NCBI GenBank assembly: GCA_038087875.1
Contig: CM075989.1
Coordinates: forward strand, 2,480,001 to 2,544,000
Direction: 5' to 3'
DNA from: Malacoraja senta
Taxonomy: Eukaryota
DNA length: 64,000 bases
The notes under the pieces are model-generated. The model made no database searches. It saw only the letters and a list, made by a program, of their open reading frames with translations, and was not told the DNA's origin. Numbering within the stretch: the stretch's first letter is position 1; each line of letters begins with the position of its first letter. Of this stretch, positions 11,558 through 23,142 are shown in pieces. The translations under genes and the position numbers were made by a program.

Positions 11558-13624
11558 AAAGCAGATTGAGCATGGGTCTTATAGTGTGTTTTGCTCAAAA
11601 TTCCAGCATCTGCCATTTTTTGTCTCACCATTCCATTTCCTTCTTGTTCCTGAAAACCATTAATTCCAGTAAAGATAGAGCAAGGGGGTTGGCCATGAAT
11701 TGATCCGTCCAATGATCTAGATGGACTTGAATCTGGAGTCAGGTTATGCTCAGTTAGATAGAGGATCTTTCGACATTAAATGGGTCTCCAAAGGCAGGAC
11801 AAGAGATATTTTCCAATTAAGGAATTATGGCCTCATTATAAAAGGAGGTACCTTTAGAAAGGAGATAAGAAGGAATTTATTTAGTTGAAGGGTGATGAAT
11901 CTGTGGAATTCTTTACTACAGACAGCTGTGGAGGCCAAGTCAATTAATATTTTTAAGGCAGAGTTTGACAGATTCTTGATTAGCAAGGGTTCAGGGGTTA
12001 TGGGCAGAAGGCAGGAGAATGGTATTGAGAGGGATAGATAGATCAGCCATGATTGAATGGTGGAGTGGACTTGATGGGCCAAATGCTCAAAATGGCCAAA
12101 TTCTGCTCCTTGAACTAATGAATTTATAAGGGAGAAAACACAAGCATTGGACTGGGCGGAACATGGTTAGAGGTCTGCGGTGATCAATGCTTTCATCTCC
12201 TTGGGATAATTCAAACACTGAAGATTGTCTTCAAGATGTTTGGCCAAGGATCCCCCATTTTTTTCTTTTCTCAGACCTCCACTGAATTAAGAACAGAAAC
12301 CAAAGAGACCACAAGAAATCTAGTTGTATCTCTTCACCAAACTGAATCACTAGCATGTACAGCAGAGAAGGGGACTCTAGCCCATCAGTCTCATGCTGAT
12401 CATAGAAACATAGAAACATGGAAAATAGGTGCAGGAGTAGGCCATTCAGCCCTTTGAACCATTCAATATAATCATGGCTGATCATCCAAAATCAGTAGTC
12501 CGTTCCTGCTTCCTCCCCGTATCCCTTGATTCCGTTAGCCCTGAGAGCTAAATCTAACTCTATCAGTAATGAGCTCAACCCTACCCCCAATTCCTGGTTC
12601 AATGGCCTCTGATAATGGCACTTCAAATACAAGCCCAAATAATTGTACAGGGCTTCAGGGCTTCAGGGTTGCTGCTCCTAATGGTCCTTCCCAGCACTCA
12701 TTATCCTCTGCGTGAAAAGCATTATTTGTCTTTCTTTAGCCCTTCACCACATGTTCTGAAAGCAATTTAAGCCCATGAACCTTGGGCACCAAGCTCCCTA
12801 CCTGTTCACCAACCTATATAACTTTACATACTCCAGTCTCCTGCTTTGCAAGGAAAACAACCCCAGCTAATCTGATCTCTCCTCAGATCTAAAGTCCTCT
12901 TGTCCGAGCAACATTCCTTCTCTCCGGAGATGTTGTCTGACCCTTTGAGTTACTCCAACCTTTTGTGTTTATCTTCGGTTTAAACCAGCATCTGCAGTTC
13001 CTTCTGGCACATATCCTCACTCTTCTCCTCTGAATGTTCTCCAGTGCTCACAATTCTATGCTACAGTGTTGCCTGATCCACAGTCGTGGCCTGAACGCTG
13101 TGTCTCTAAACTGAATGGTTCTTCCTACAGTTCTCTCTGTGCCTATAGTTTAAACCTTGCCTGATAAAGGAAAGAATTCCAAGTGCCTCTCAAAGGTTCC
13201 GCACCGTAGGCAGCTCTGGAAGGTGAGACTGCATGGGACTCAAGGAGAGCTAGCTAAATGGATACAGAATTAGCTTCATGTTAGGAAGAAGAGGATGCTG
13301 GTGGTAGCTTGCTTTTTGGACTGAAGGCCCTGTGACTGATGATGAGCATCAGGGATCGGTGCAGGGCCCATTGCTCATTGATTTGGATGCGATTGTACAA
13401 GACATGGTTAGTAAGTTTGCAGGTGATAGTACAAAATAGACAGTGAAGGTGGCTATCACCAATTCCAGTGGGATCTTGATCAGCTGATCAGTAGGGGCCT
13501 GGGGAGTGTTGTAGAGCAGGGGGATTTAGGAAGACAGGTACATAGTGATCTATGGTCGGCGTGGACTTGATGGGCTGAAGGGCCTGTATTCATGCTCCAT
13601 CTCTAAACTACAAAAAAGTGTTCT

Positions 13625-14285
13625 GAAGATAGGCACAAAGTGCTGGAAAGCCAGCATTTGCAGTTTAAATTTTTTTTCAAAGCTCTGATCCCCTTCACTA
13701 CTCCCACCCTCTCCCCATCCCACATCCTGACAGAAGGTACATTATTCACTACAAGCCTCTGGTTTGTTTTCACTACAGTCCACGCACTGGACCTTTCCTT
13801 ACTGGAGTAACTCAGTGGGTCAGGCAGCTTCTCTTGAGAAAAAGGATGGGTGACGTTTCGGGGTTGGGACCCTTCATCCGACTGAAGGTAAGGCGTGGGG
13901 AGGAGGGAGGTGAGAAAAGACCAGGACAAGTCAGGGCCAGCCATAAATGACCTCAGGCAAGGTGGTGTCTGGCAGGCCCATTGTTGGCTAGGGGAGGAGT
14001 GCAAGAAAAACTATGGAACTGGTAAAATGACTAGGGGGTGGGAGGAGGTGGGGTGGGAGGAGGTGGGGTGGGAGGAGGTGGGGATAGGAGGAAGGAGGCA
14101 AAGAGGGAGGGGGGAGAGAGTTAACATTAAGATACTTGAAATGAACTAATTTAATGTTCATACCGTTGGGATATAAGCTGCCCAAGTAAAATATGAGATG
14201 CTACCCCCCTTCCCCAATGGAGGAGGTCCAGTACAGAGAGGTCAGTCTGGGAATGGGAAGGGGAGTTTAACTAGTTGGCAACCTA
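13625..14285 (-). mobile_element. Penelope-like 3' remnant (endonuclease C-terminus plus terminal repeat)
   Basis: 14130-14285 matches the HLIF.LGSL.P.GMNI C-terminal motif. 13802-13885 is the hammerhead-containing terminus. Confidence 0.7.
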
Positions 14286-14867
14286 GTATGTTCTGGTATT
14301 TTATTTTGGAGAGCCGGTTTGCAGTTTAAAAAAAAAATTTCAACATTCTGATCTCCTTCATCACTCCGACCCACTCTCGCTCCCACAAGCTGACGGAAGA
14401 TACACTATCCACTACAAACCTCACACCCACACACTGGTCCTCTCCTCAAACAATGACCCATGACCTATGAACTGTCCAGCAGTGAACTCTGCTACTCCTC
14501 ATTTATAAACCACTGACGGTTGAGAATGCAGTGAAGAAAACTGAAGGGGTCCTGAGCTTCTCAAGCGGACACAGAGAACACAAGAACAAGGATTCACAAT
14601 AACACATTGTAACTTCTATAACTCTAGCCTTGTCCAATTCTGGGCAGACCAGAAAAACTTAGGAAAGGCATGGAAGCGATTTATGAGAATGATTCCAAGG
14701 ACAGGGTTAGACGTAGGAAGCTGAGTTGGAGACACAAGGAACTGCAGATGCTGGAATCTTGAACAAAACACACAATGCTGGAGTAACTCAACGGATCAGG
14801 CAGCATCAGTGGAGGGAATGGATAGACAACATTTTGGGCAGGACCTTTCTTCAGACTGATTGTGGTA

Positions 14868-15218
14868 AAACATAGAAACATAGACAATAGGTGCAGGAGG
14901 AGGCCATTTGGCCCTTCGAGCCTGCACCAGCATTCATTGTGATCATGGCTGATCATCCACAATCAGTACAACCCGTGCCTGCCTTCTCCCCATATCCCTT
15001 GATTCTGCTAGCCCCTAGAGCTCTATCTAACTCTCTTTTAGAATCATCCAGTGAATTGGCCTCGACTGCCCTCTGTGGCAGAGAATTCCACAAATTCACA
15101 ACTCTCTTTGGTGAAAAAGTGTTTTTCTCATCTGAGTTTTAAATGGCCTCCCCTTTATTCTTAGACTGTGGCCCCTGGTTCTGGACTCCCCCAACATTGG
15201 GAACGTTTTTCCTGCATC
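14868..15218 (-). mobile_element. CR1 LINE 3' fragment
   Basis: [19 protein letters not shown] motif and (ATAGAAAC)-type tail. Confidence 0.85.
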
Positions 15219-15796
15219 AGGCAGTAGGTGTAGAAGACTGGACGAGAGTGGTGGGAGTGGGGCAAAGCCTGGCAAGTGATAGGTGGATACAGGTGAGGGG
15301 GGTTTGATTGTCAGATGGGTGGAGTAAGTGACAAAGACTAGAAATGAAAAGGGGACAGGGTGCGTAGGAAGGAGCTGCAGATGCTGGTTTAAACCGAAGA
15401 TAGACACAGATAGCTGGAGTAACTCAGCGGTTCAGGCAGCATCTCTGGAGAGAAGGAAGAGGTGACGTTTCAGGTCTTGACCCTTCTTCAGAACCTGACA
15501 CAAAATGCTAGGGTAACTCAGTGGGTCAGACAGCATCTCTGCAGAGCGTGGATCGCATGGTCACGGATAACATGGATGCTGCCTGACCCTTGAGTTACTC
15601 CAGCATTTTATGTCTTTCTTTGGTGTAAACCAGCATCTGAAGTTCCTTGTTATTACAACAAGACATAGGGTGTTAACTAATGAATATGTAAAGCCAGTGG
15701 GAGGTTGTTCTTAGAACAGAAGAGAATGAGAAAGAAGCTAATGGTCGGTAAAATCATGAAGGGTCTCGACAGTGTAGATAAGTTGCCCTTAATAGA

Positions 15797-17211
15797 GGCC
15801 TGCTACGGTCAGGCCTGCTTCAAGTGATCCACTATTGTACCAGTAGCTAAGAATGCCTCTCCAGCCTGCTTGAATGACTACCGACCAGTGGTCCTCACCT
15901 CAGTGGTCATGAAATGCTTCGGGAGGCTGGTCAAGAACTACATCTGCGCCTTCCTCCCTCGCAACATGGACCCGCTGCAGTTTGCATACCGTCCAAACTG
16001 ATCCACAGACGATGCGGTCTCCCAGGTTCTGCACACTGCTCTCTCTCACCTTGATAGCCAGAAGGGGGGCTATGTGAGGATGCGGTTCATAGACTTCAGT
16101 TCAGCTTTCAACACCATAGTCCCCACCAGACTTGCTGAGAAGCTGCTGGAACTGGGGCTGAACACTCCCCTGTGTGCCTGGGTCCTGGACTTTCTCACCG
16201 CCAGGCCCCATGTGGTCAAGATGGGGAGACATACCTCCAACCCCCTCACCCTGAACACAGGACCCCCCCCAGGGTTGTGTCCTCAGCCCCCTACTGTACT
16301 CCCTGTACACACATGACTGTGTGGCTAGGTTCAGCTCCAACTCCATCATCAAGTTTGCTGTTGACACAGTAGTGGAGGGCCTGATCTTCGATAACGATGA
16401 GAAGGCCTACCGGGAGGAGGTGGCTGGCTGACCTGGCACTGGTGTCGGAACAACAGCCTCCTCTTGAATGTCACTAAAACGAAGGAGCTGTTTGTGGATT
16501 TTAGAAGGGCTCAACATCCAAGGACGTACACGCCACGGGGGATAAATGGGGCTACTGTGGATCGGGTGAGCTGCTTTAAATACCTGGGAGTCTACATCAC
16601 AGAGGATCTGACATGGACATCACACGCTACCGCACTGGTAAGGCAAGGCAGCGCCTTTACCACCTCAGGCATCTGAGGAAATTCAGAGTCTCTCTGAGGA
16701 TCCTCTAATCCTTCTACTCTGGTGCTGTTGAAAGTATCCTGACCGGAAACATCTCCATCTGGTTTGGCAACAGCTCTGCTCAGGACAGGGGGGCTCTGCG
16801 GAGAGTTGTGAGTTGGGGCCGAACGCACCATGGGAACTACACCCCCCCCCTCCCCCTGCAGGACCTATACACAAGGAGGTGCAGATCCAGAGTCAGCAAG
16901 ATCATGAAGGACCCCTACCACCCCAGCAACGGACTGTTCCAGCTGCTACAGTCAGGCAAGTGCCTGCGCTGTCACTCTGCGAAAACGGAGAGGCTGAGAC
17001 GGAGTTTCTTCCCATAGGCCATCAGGACTGTAAACTCTGATCTCACCAGGGCATAATTAATGTTGTATCATTTAAAAACAATGTAAATACTGGTTCTGTT
17101 CTGTTCTGTTCTGTTGTGCCATTGCTTTGCACAATCCGCAGGCGTTGCCACTTTCATTTCACTGCCCATCTTGTATGTGTATGTGACAAATAAAGTTGAC
17201 TTGACTTGACT
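15797..17211 (+). mobile_element. Rex1/Babar LINE, 5'-truncated, degenerate RT
   Basis: [40 protein letters not shown] and FKYLGV motifs interrupted by stops and frameshifts. Ends AATAAAG(TTGAC)3. Confidence 0.85.
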
Positions 17212-17289
17212 GGAGAGATCAAGAGCTGGAGTCAGAGCAGTGACAAATCAAACAAAAGTGACAAGAGGGGAAATGTTGCTGGTCGGGGT

Positions 17290-17459
17290 CTTCTTCTGTC
17301 GTGTGTCTTTCGGACCTGCAGCTCCGTTGAGGCGAGCCAGGCCAACGTGTCATCGTCCAGGTCAATCAGACCTCGTTCATCATTCGGGGGCCGGTGTTTG
17401 GGGCAACTGGTGACGATGTGCTCCACTGTCTGTGTTGGGTCCCCACACTCGCAGGAGGC
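17290..17459 (-). mobile_element. 3' end of an Ingi/Vingi-like (I-group) LINE
   Basis: CECGDPTQTVEHIVTSCP cysteine/histidine C-terminus and (GAA)-type tail. Perfect 12-bp TSD GCTGGTCGGGGT (17278-17289 / 17460-17471). Confidence 0.6.
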
Positions 17460-18134
17460 GCTGGTCGGGGTGGTGGTGGCAGAGACAGACGTGTGGTCAA
17501 AAGGAAACAGGTTAGTATTTCAAATGAAAAGAATCACGGGGCTATGGGTCGAGGGCAGGGGGGTGGGATTTAAAGGACTGATGGGCTGAATGGCCTGCTA
17601 TGCTGTAACTTTCCTCAGATTTCTGTGAAATCGCCTTCCAATCACATAAATACCTCGAACATTAAACTATCGCCTGATGTCCCCGGCTACCGTTTGCCAT
17701 TGGCCATTGCAGAGGTTTACAGGTGAGCTTTGTCAGAGAGCTGGGACATGTACAATGGGCAAAATGGCCTCTCCTTACTTCATGGTTCTTTGGGGCCCGA
17801 TAAATCTAGAGCCTCGGCTGTAGTCGCCGTATCTTTCAGTCTAGGATGAAACGCGCAGATAGATGCGTAGGGTGGTGAACCCTGCCCAGCTCAGACCTAG
17901 TGTAGAGTCTGTCTCTCGGATTGTAATCGGATTTGTGGAGCTACGAGAAGCAAAGAGGAACGGACACAACCTTGTAAAATGTTTCATTCGCTGACTTTAA
18001 TTATTGAAGTGTTTGAGCTGAAATTTTACTTAGTTCCATTTTAATAATTTCAATCTGAACAATAGAGATAATTCACAATGTAAGAAATTCCTGACAGTTT
18101 TTGTCATTGGCTAAGCTTTGCCAAACGTTACAGA

Positions 18135-18440
18135 GTGGTGGCACGGTGACGCAACGGTAGAGTTGCTGCCTTACAAGCGCCAGAGACCCGGGTTTGATCC
18201 TGACTACGGATACTGTCTGTATGGAGTTTGTACATTCTCCCCGTGACCACGTGAGTTTTCTCCGGGTGCTCCAGTTTCCTCCCACACTCCAAATACGGGG
18301 AGGTTTATAGGTTAACTGTCTTGGGCAAAACTGTAAACTGGCCCTAGTGTGCCGGATAGTGCTAGTGTATGCGGTGATCGCTGGTCGGCACGGACTCGGT
18401 GGGCCCAAGGGCCCATTTCCGCACTGTATCTCCGAAGTCT
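18135..18440 (+). mobile_element. HE1/V-SINE-type SINE
   Basis: tRNA-like head, V domain and CR1 tail. Confidence 0.85.
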
Positions 18441-19407
18441 AACGGTTGCCGCAAGTATTTTTCAAGGTGGGCCTTGATCCAGGACCCCTGTGGAATGTGG
18501 GAGGGGGAATGTGGGAGCTGGTGCTGGTGGTGGCTGGTGCATTACAATGGAGATGAGGAAGAATTTCTTCAGCCAGATAGTGGTGAATCTGTGGAACTCA
18601 TTGCCACAGACGGCTGGGGAGGCCTTGCCAATGGGCACTTTAAAGCGGAGGTTAATATGTTCTTGTTTAAGGGTGTCAATAGTTGCGGGGAGAAGGCAGG
18701 AGAATGGGGTTGAGTGGGAAAGATAGATCAGCCATGATGGAATGGTGGAGTAGACCAGATGGGCCAAATGGCCTAATTCTGCCGCTATGTCTTATGGCGT
18801 GGCCCACAGCTGGTGTCTATCCTGCCGAGGGCCAGTGAGAGTGCGCTCCGTATCCTGGTAGGCAGATGTGGTGAGGAGTAGGGGGTGGAGGGGGGGTGGA
18901 GTGGAGTGGCGGCAGCAATGCCAAGTGGGGAGGGGAGAGGAGAGGGGGGGGGTGGGGTCAAAGAGTCTCGGCCCAATTCAACATGCCACTATTGTATTGC
19001 TTGGGATCTGGTGTTGAATCAGAGAAGTAAAATTGTTCACATCTGGCTTCAAATTTAAGATGACAAATTAAATAATCAACTTGAAGTCAGTTTGTTCTTT
19101 GGAGCAGAGCTCAATTGTGAAAAAAGAAAGAATTGATCATAGTTGTTCTAGATTCACCATGCCACACAGCTGACTTCAATCAATGCCCAATAAGCTGAGC
19201 AGCAATAACTTTGAATCACGATTTTTCTTTCTTATTAACAATGAGCACTATTTCACAAAAGCAATCTTTTACCGAGCACCTCTGTACTGCTCATTTACTT
19301 ACAAATTCTGCAGTCCAATGTAAGGTTCCATGTCCAACGCATTCAAAGTCTGTAGGCTTTTCTGATTCTCAATGTGGCTGTAAAAGCAAGCAAGAAATGA
19401 AGGGATC

Positions 19408-19607
19408 NNNNNNNNNNNNNNNNNNNNNNNNNNNNNNNNNNNNNNNNNNNNNNNNNNNNNNNNNNNNNNNNNNNNNNNNNNNNNNNNNNNNNNNNNNNNN
19501 NNNNNNNNNNNNNNNNNNNNNNNNNNNNNNNNNNNNNNNNNNNNNNNNNNNNNNNNNNNNNNNNNNNNNNNNNNNNNNNNNNNNNNNNNNNNNNNNNNNN
19601 NNNNNNN
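19408..19607. other. Assembly gap (200 N)
   Basis: Run of exactly 200 N. Confidence 0.99.
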
Positions 19608-20933
19608 AAGTTGGGAGGGGACTGGACCAGGGGAGAGAGGATGGAATAAGCTCTGTAGGACAAGAGCTTGTGTCCAGTCGTGGTTGTGGATCTTGGGCAG
19701 AGGTGGGTGTGAGGGGTGGGACGCTCCAGAACTGGAAATTATAGAGAGAAAGATCTCTCAAGGGAAAGAGGAGTATAATGGGTAATGTTCATGGTTCAAT
19801 CTAAAATAGAGGGGGGGGGGGGGGGGGGGTATAATTGCAGAGCCCTGCATGGATTGATTGTTATCTTGCCCAGAGTAGGTGAATCGAGGTTTAAGGTGAA
19901 GGGGGAAAGATTTAATAGGAATCTGATGGGTAACTTTTTCACACAAAGGGTGGTAGGTGTATGGAACGAGCTGCCAGAGGAGGTAGTTGAGGCTGGGACT
20001 ATCCCAACATTTAAGAAACAGTTAGACAGGTACATGGACAAATGTGGGCAGGTGGGACTAGTGTAGCTGGGACATGTTGGCCGGTGTGGACAGTTGGGCC
20101 GAAGGGCCTGTTTCCACACTGTATCACTCTATGACTATTAATGGAATTGATCAACTGGGAGTCTTATTACTTCCCCTTGCACTAGTATCATTTTATAACG
20201 AGCACACCTTAGCAATCGGACACGAGACGCCTGGCCAATTTTTCCTGAAATAATATCGCTTTGTGGTATTTTATAAGCATTTAAAAGGTTATAAAGAGAC
20301 TGAGACTGACAACACCAGGGTCCCATTTACTGACAGAAACCTTGATGCATTCTGACTTGTCATCGACTTTTGATTAAAACAATAAACCGATGGAACGCAG
20401 TCAGATGCTACTGGAGTTTGGTGATCTTGCTGCACAGATCCAGTCATGGTGATCTCCACCTCCCTGGCCCCTTCACATGTTGGTGGGGCACGGCTGGGTA
20501 AGTACTGGATAACAACCAATCTGGTGAAACCGGCTGCCGAGGATCTCTGGAGTTTGAAGTCAGCGCTTGGATCCAACAGGGGACTGAGAAACCAACGCCA
20601 ATTAAACTCCTCCTGATAGCTGAGGGAGTTTGTTTGCAGAACTGCTGTCTCTTTCATGATGCTGATTATCTCAGTTTTGACATGCGGTTTCATTTGGGAA
20701 AGTTAAAAGGTATTTGTGTGAAAACATTCTTTGATGAAGTCTCAAGAAGCAATCAGTTCAATAGACCAGATTTTCCTGTGGCCTGGAATCGACAGAAGTG
20801 GAGCCTTGCAGAGCATAAAATCAACAGGAAACCACAGTGTAATATAGACCACTCCATATAATCCAGGGGCTAAAATCAGGGGAAAACTTCGAGGTAACAT
20901 TGACTGCTCTGTAAAATCTTGGGGCTTTTGTGC

Positions 20934-21445
20934 CACTTCTAAAGTGCACCATCGAGAGCATCCTTACCAACTGCATCACAGTATGGTATGGCAACTGCTC
21001 TGTCTCCGACCGGGAAAGCACTGCAGAGGGTGGTGAAAATTGCCCAACGCATCACCGGTTCCTCACTCCCCTCCATTGAGTCTGTCCAAAGCAAGCGTTG
21101 TCTGCGAAGGGCGCTCAGCATCGCCAAGGACTGCTCTCACCCCAACCACAGACTGTTTACCCTCCTACCATCCGGGAGGCGCTACAGGTCTCTCCGTTGC
21201 CGGACCAGCAGGTCCAGGAACAGCTTCTTCCCTGCGGCGGTTACACTACTCAACACTGTACCTCGGTGACTGCCAATCACACCCCACCCCCCCCCCCGGA
21301 CACTCCTCCCACCAGGATTTATTAGATTTATTTATTTACTGCTCATATTTATGTCGCTCTTCTAGGGAGATGCTAACTGCATTTCGTTGTCTCTGTACTG
21401 TACACTGCACAATGACAATAAAGTTGAATCTGAATCTGAATCTGA
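20934..21445 (+). mobile_element. Rex1/Babar LINE 3' fragment
   Basis: IESILT.CITVWYG...ALQRVVKIAQRI...HP...LF.LLPSGRRYRS...NSFFP. Ends AATAAAG followed by (TGAATC)3. Confidence 0.85.
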
Positions 21446-22809
21446 CCTTCACTCCTACTATTGCCAAAAATAGACTGCTGTGGAGCCCAGGTCAATGGAT
21501 ATTTGTAAGGCGGAGATTGACTGATTCTTGATTAGTAACGGCGTCAGGGGTTATGGGGTCGAAGGCAGGAGAATGGGGTTGAGAGGGAAAGATAGATCAG
21601 CCATGTTTGAATGGTGGAATAGACTAGATGGGCAGAATGGCCTAATTATGCTCCTTTTGAAACTTGTGAAAACAATTTTGATCAGGTGAGATGAGAAATA
21701 TTTAAAGGGGACCCGAGAGGCAAGTTTTTCACACAGGCTGTGGCTGTGTGGAATGAGCTGCCAGAGGAGGTGGTAGAGATTGGTATGACATGGTACAATA
21801 CAATATCGAAGAACTTTATTTATCCCAAGAGGGAAATTGATCTGCCAGCATAAAACCACAAAATACACGAAACATTAAATTAAGAGACGAGTGGAAAGGA
21901 TTGGGGTTGTGCAGTTGATGGGGGGGGGGGTCAGTCTAAGTTTGATAGCCACAGGAAGAAAGACTTCTTGTGGCGTTCTGTCCTGCATCTTGGTGGAAAT
22001 TCCAACATCCTAAAAGATTTTGGTTTAGAAAGTGTTAGAGGGGATACGGGCCAAATGTGAGGCAAATGGGGCTAGCTCAGGAAGATAGCTCGGTCGGCAT
22101 GGATGCGTTGGGCCGAGGGGCCTGTTTCTGTGCTGCGTAACTCTCTGACTCAAAATTATTATTGCCGCCATAATATTAAAACCAATGGTGATCTCTAGTT
22201 TCCAATGTTAAAGTCCACCTTCGCATGGTGGAAATTAGATCTTAAAAGTATGAGAAAAGAAACCGATTATTGTTCATTCAGTATGAAACGTAAAAGCCAA
22301 AATCAAATTCTTCCAACTAAAGAGGCTCATCGAAGATACATTAGACTTGCAGCTGTAGCGATTACCATGGACAACATTAACTATCGTGGCAAAGCAAATT
22401 CTGCCCTTTAACAGAATTTAATCTGTGTTAATAGATAGCAGGAGTGTTGAAGACATGTACAGCAAGTCTATCCATCCAACTGCACACAAAGGCTCTTATA
22501 TGTATTCCCAATCCATTAATAATACTTTGCTCTGCTAATGTTGTCAATTATCCAGTAAATGTATGGAATTTATTTTAACTAGTTGATTAATCAGTTGACA
22601 ACCGTGTTTTAATATACAACGTATAATCCATACTGCGTTCAGCTTGAATCAATTGGTGGCCATCAGCAGTGCACAGAAAATAACACAACATGTGTCCATT
22701 CGAAGAGAGACACAAGAAGCTGGAGTGACTCAACGGGACAGGCAGCATCTCTGGAGAAATGGAACCTTTCTGGTCGAGACCCTTCTTGAGATTCATGGTC
22801 CTTCACCAT

Positions 22810-23142
22810 GAAGTGGATGTTTCCACTAGTGGGAGGGTCTAGGTTCAGAGACCAGAGCCTCAGATAGAATGACCTACCTTTACAAAGGAATGAGGAGGAA
22901 TTTATTTGGTCAGAGGGTGGTGAATCTGTGGAATTCATTGCTACAAACGGCTGTGGAGGCCATCAATGGATATTTTTAAGGCGGAGATTGATAAATTCTT
23001 AATTAGTACGGGTGTCAGGGTTGTGGGGTGAAGGCAGGAAAATGGGGTTGTGGGGAAAGATAGATCAACCATGATTGAATGGCGGAGTAGACTTGATGGG
23101 CCGAATGGCCTAATTCAGCTCCTATAACTTATGAACTATGAA
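22810..23142 (+). mobile_element. CR1 LINE 3' fragment
   Basis: FPLVG.SR.R.QSLR...QRVVNLWNSL motif and (TATGAAC) tail. Confidence 0.8.

Noticed and set aside
19211..19761. ORFs spanning the N run
   Set aside because: Artefacts of translating through the gap.
20289..20693. 134-aa minus-strand ORF and a plus-strand GTAAGT donor at ~20498
   Set aside because: No recognisable peptide in any frame and no good matching acceptor.
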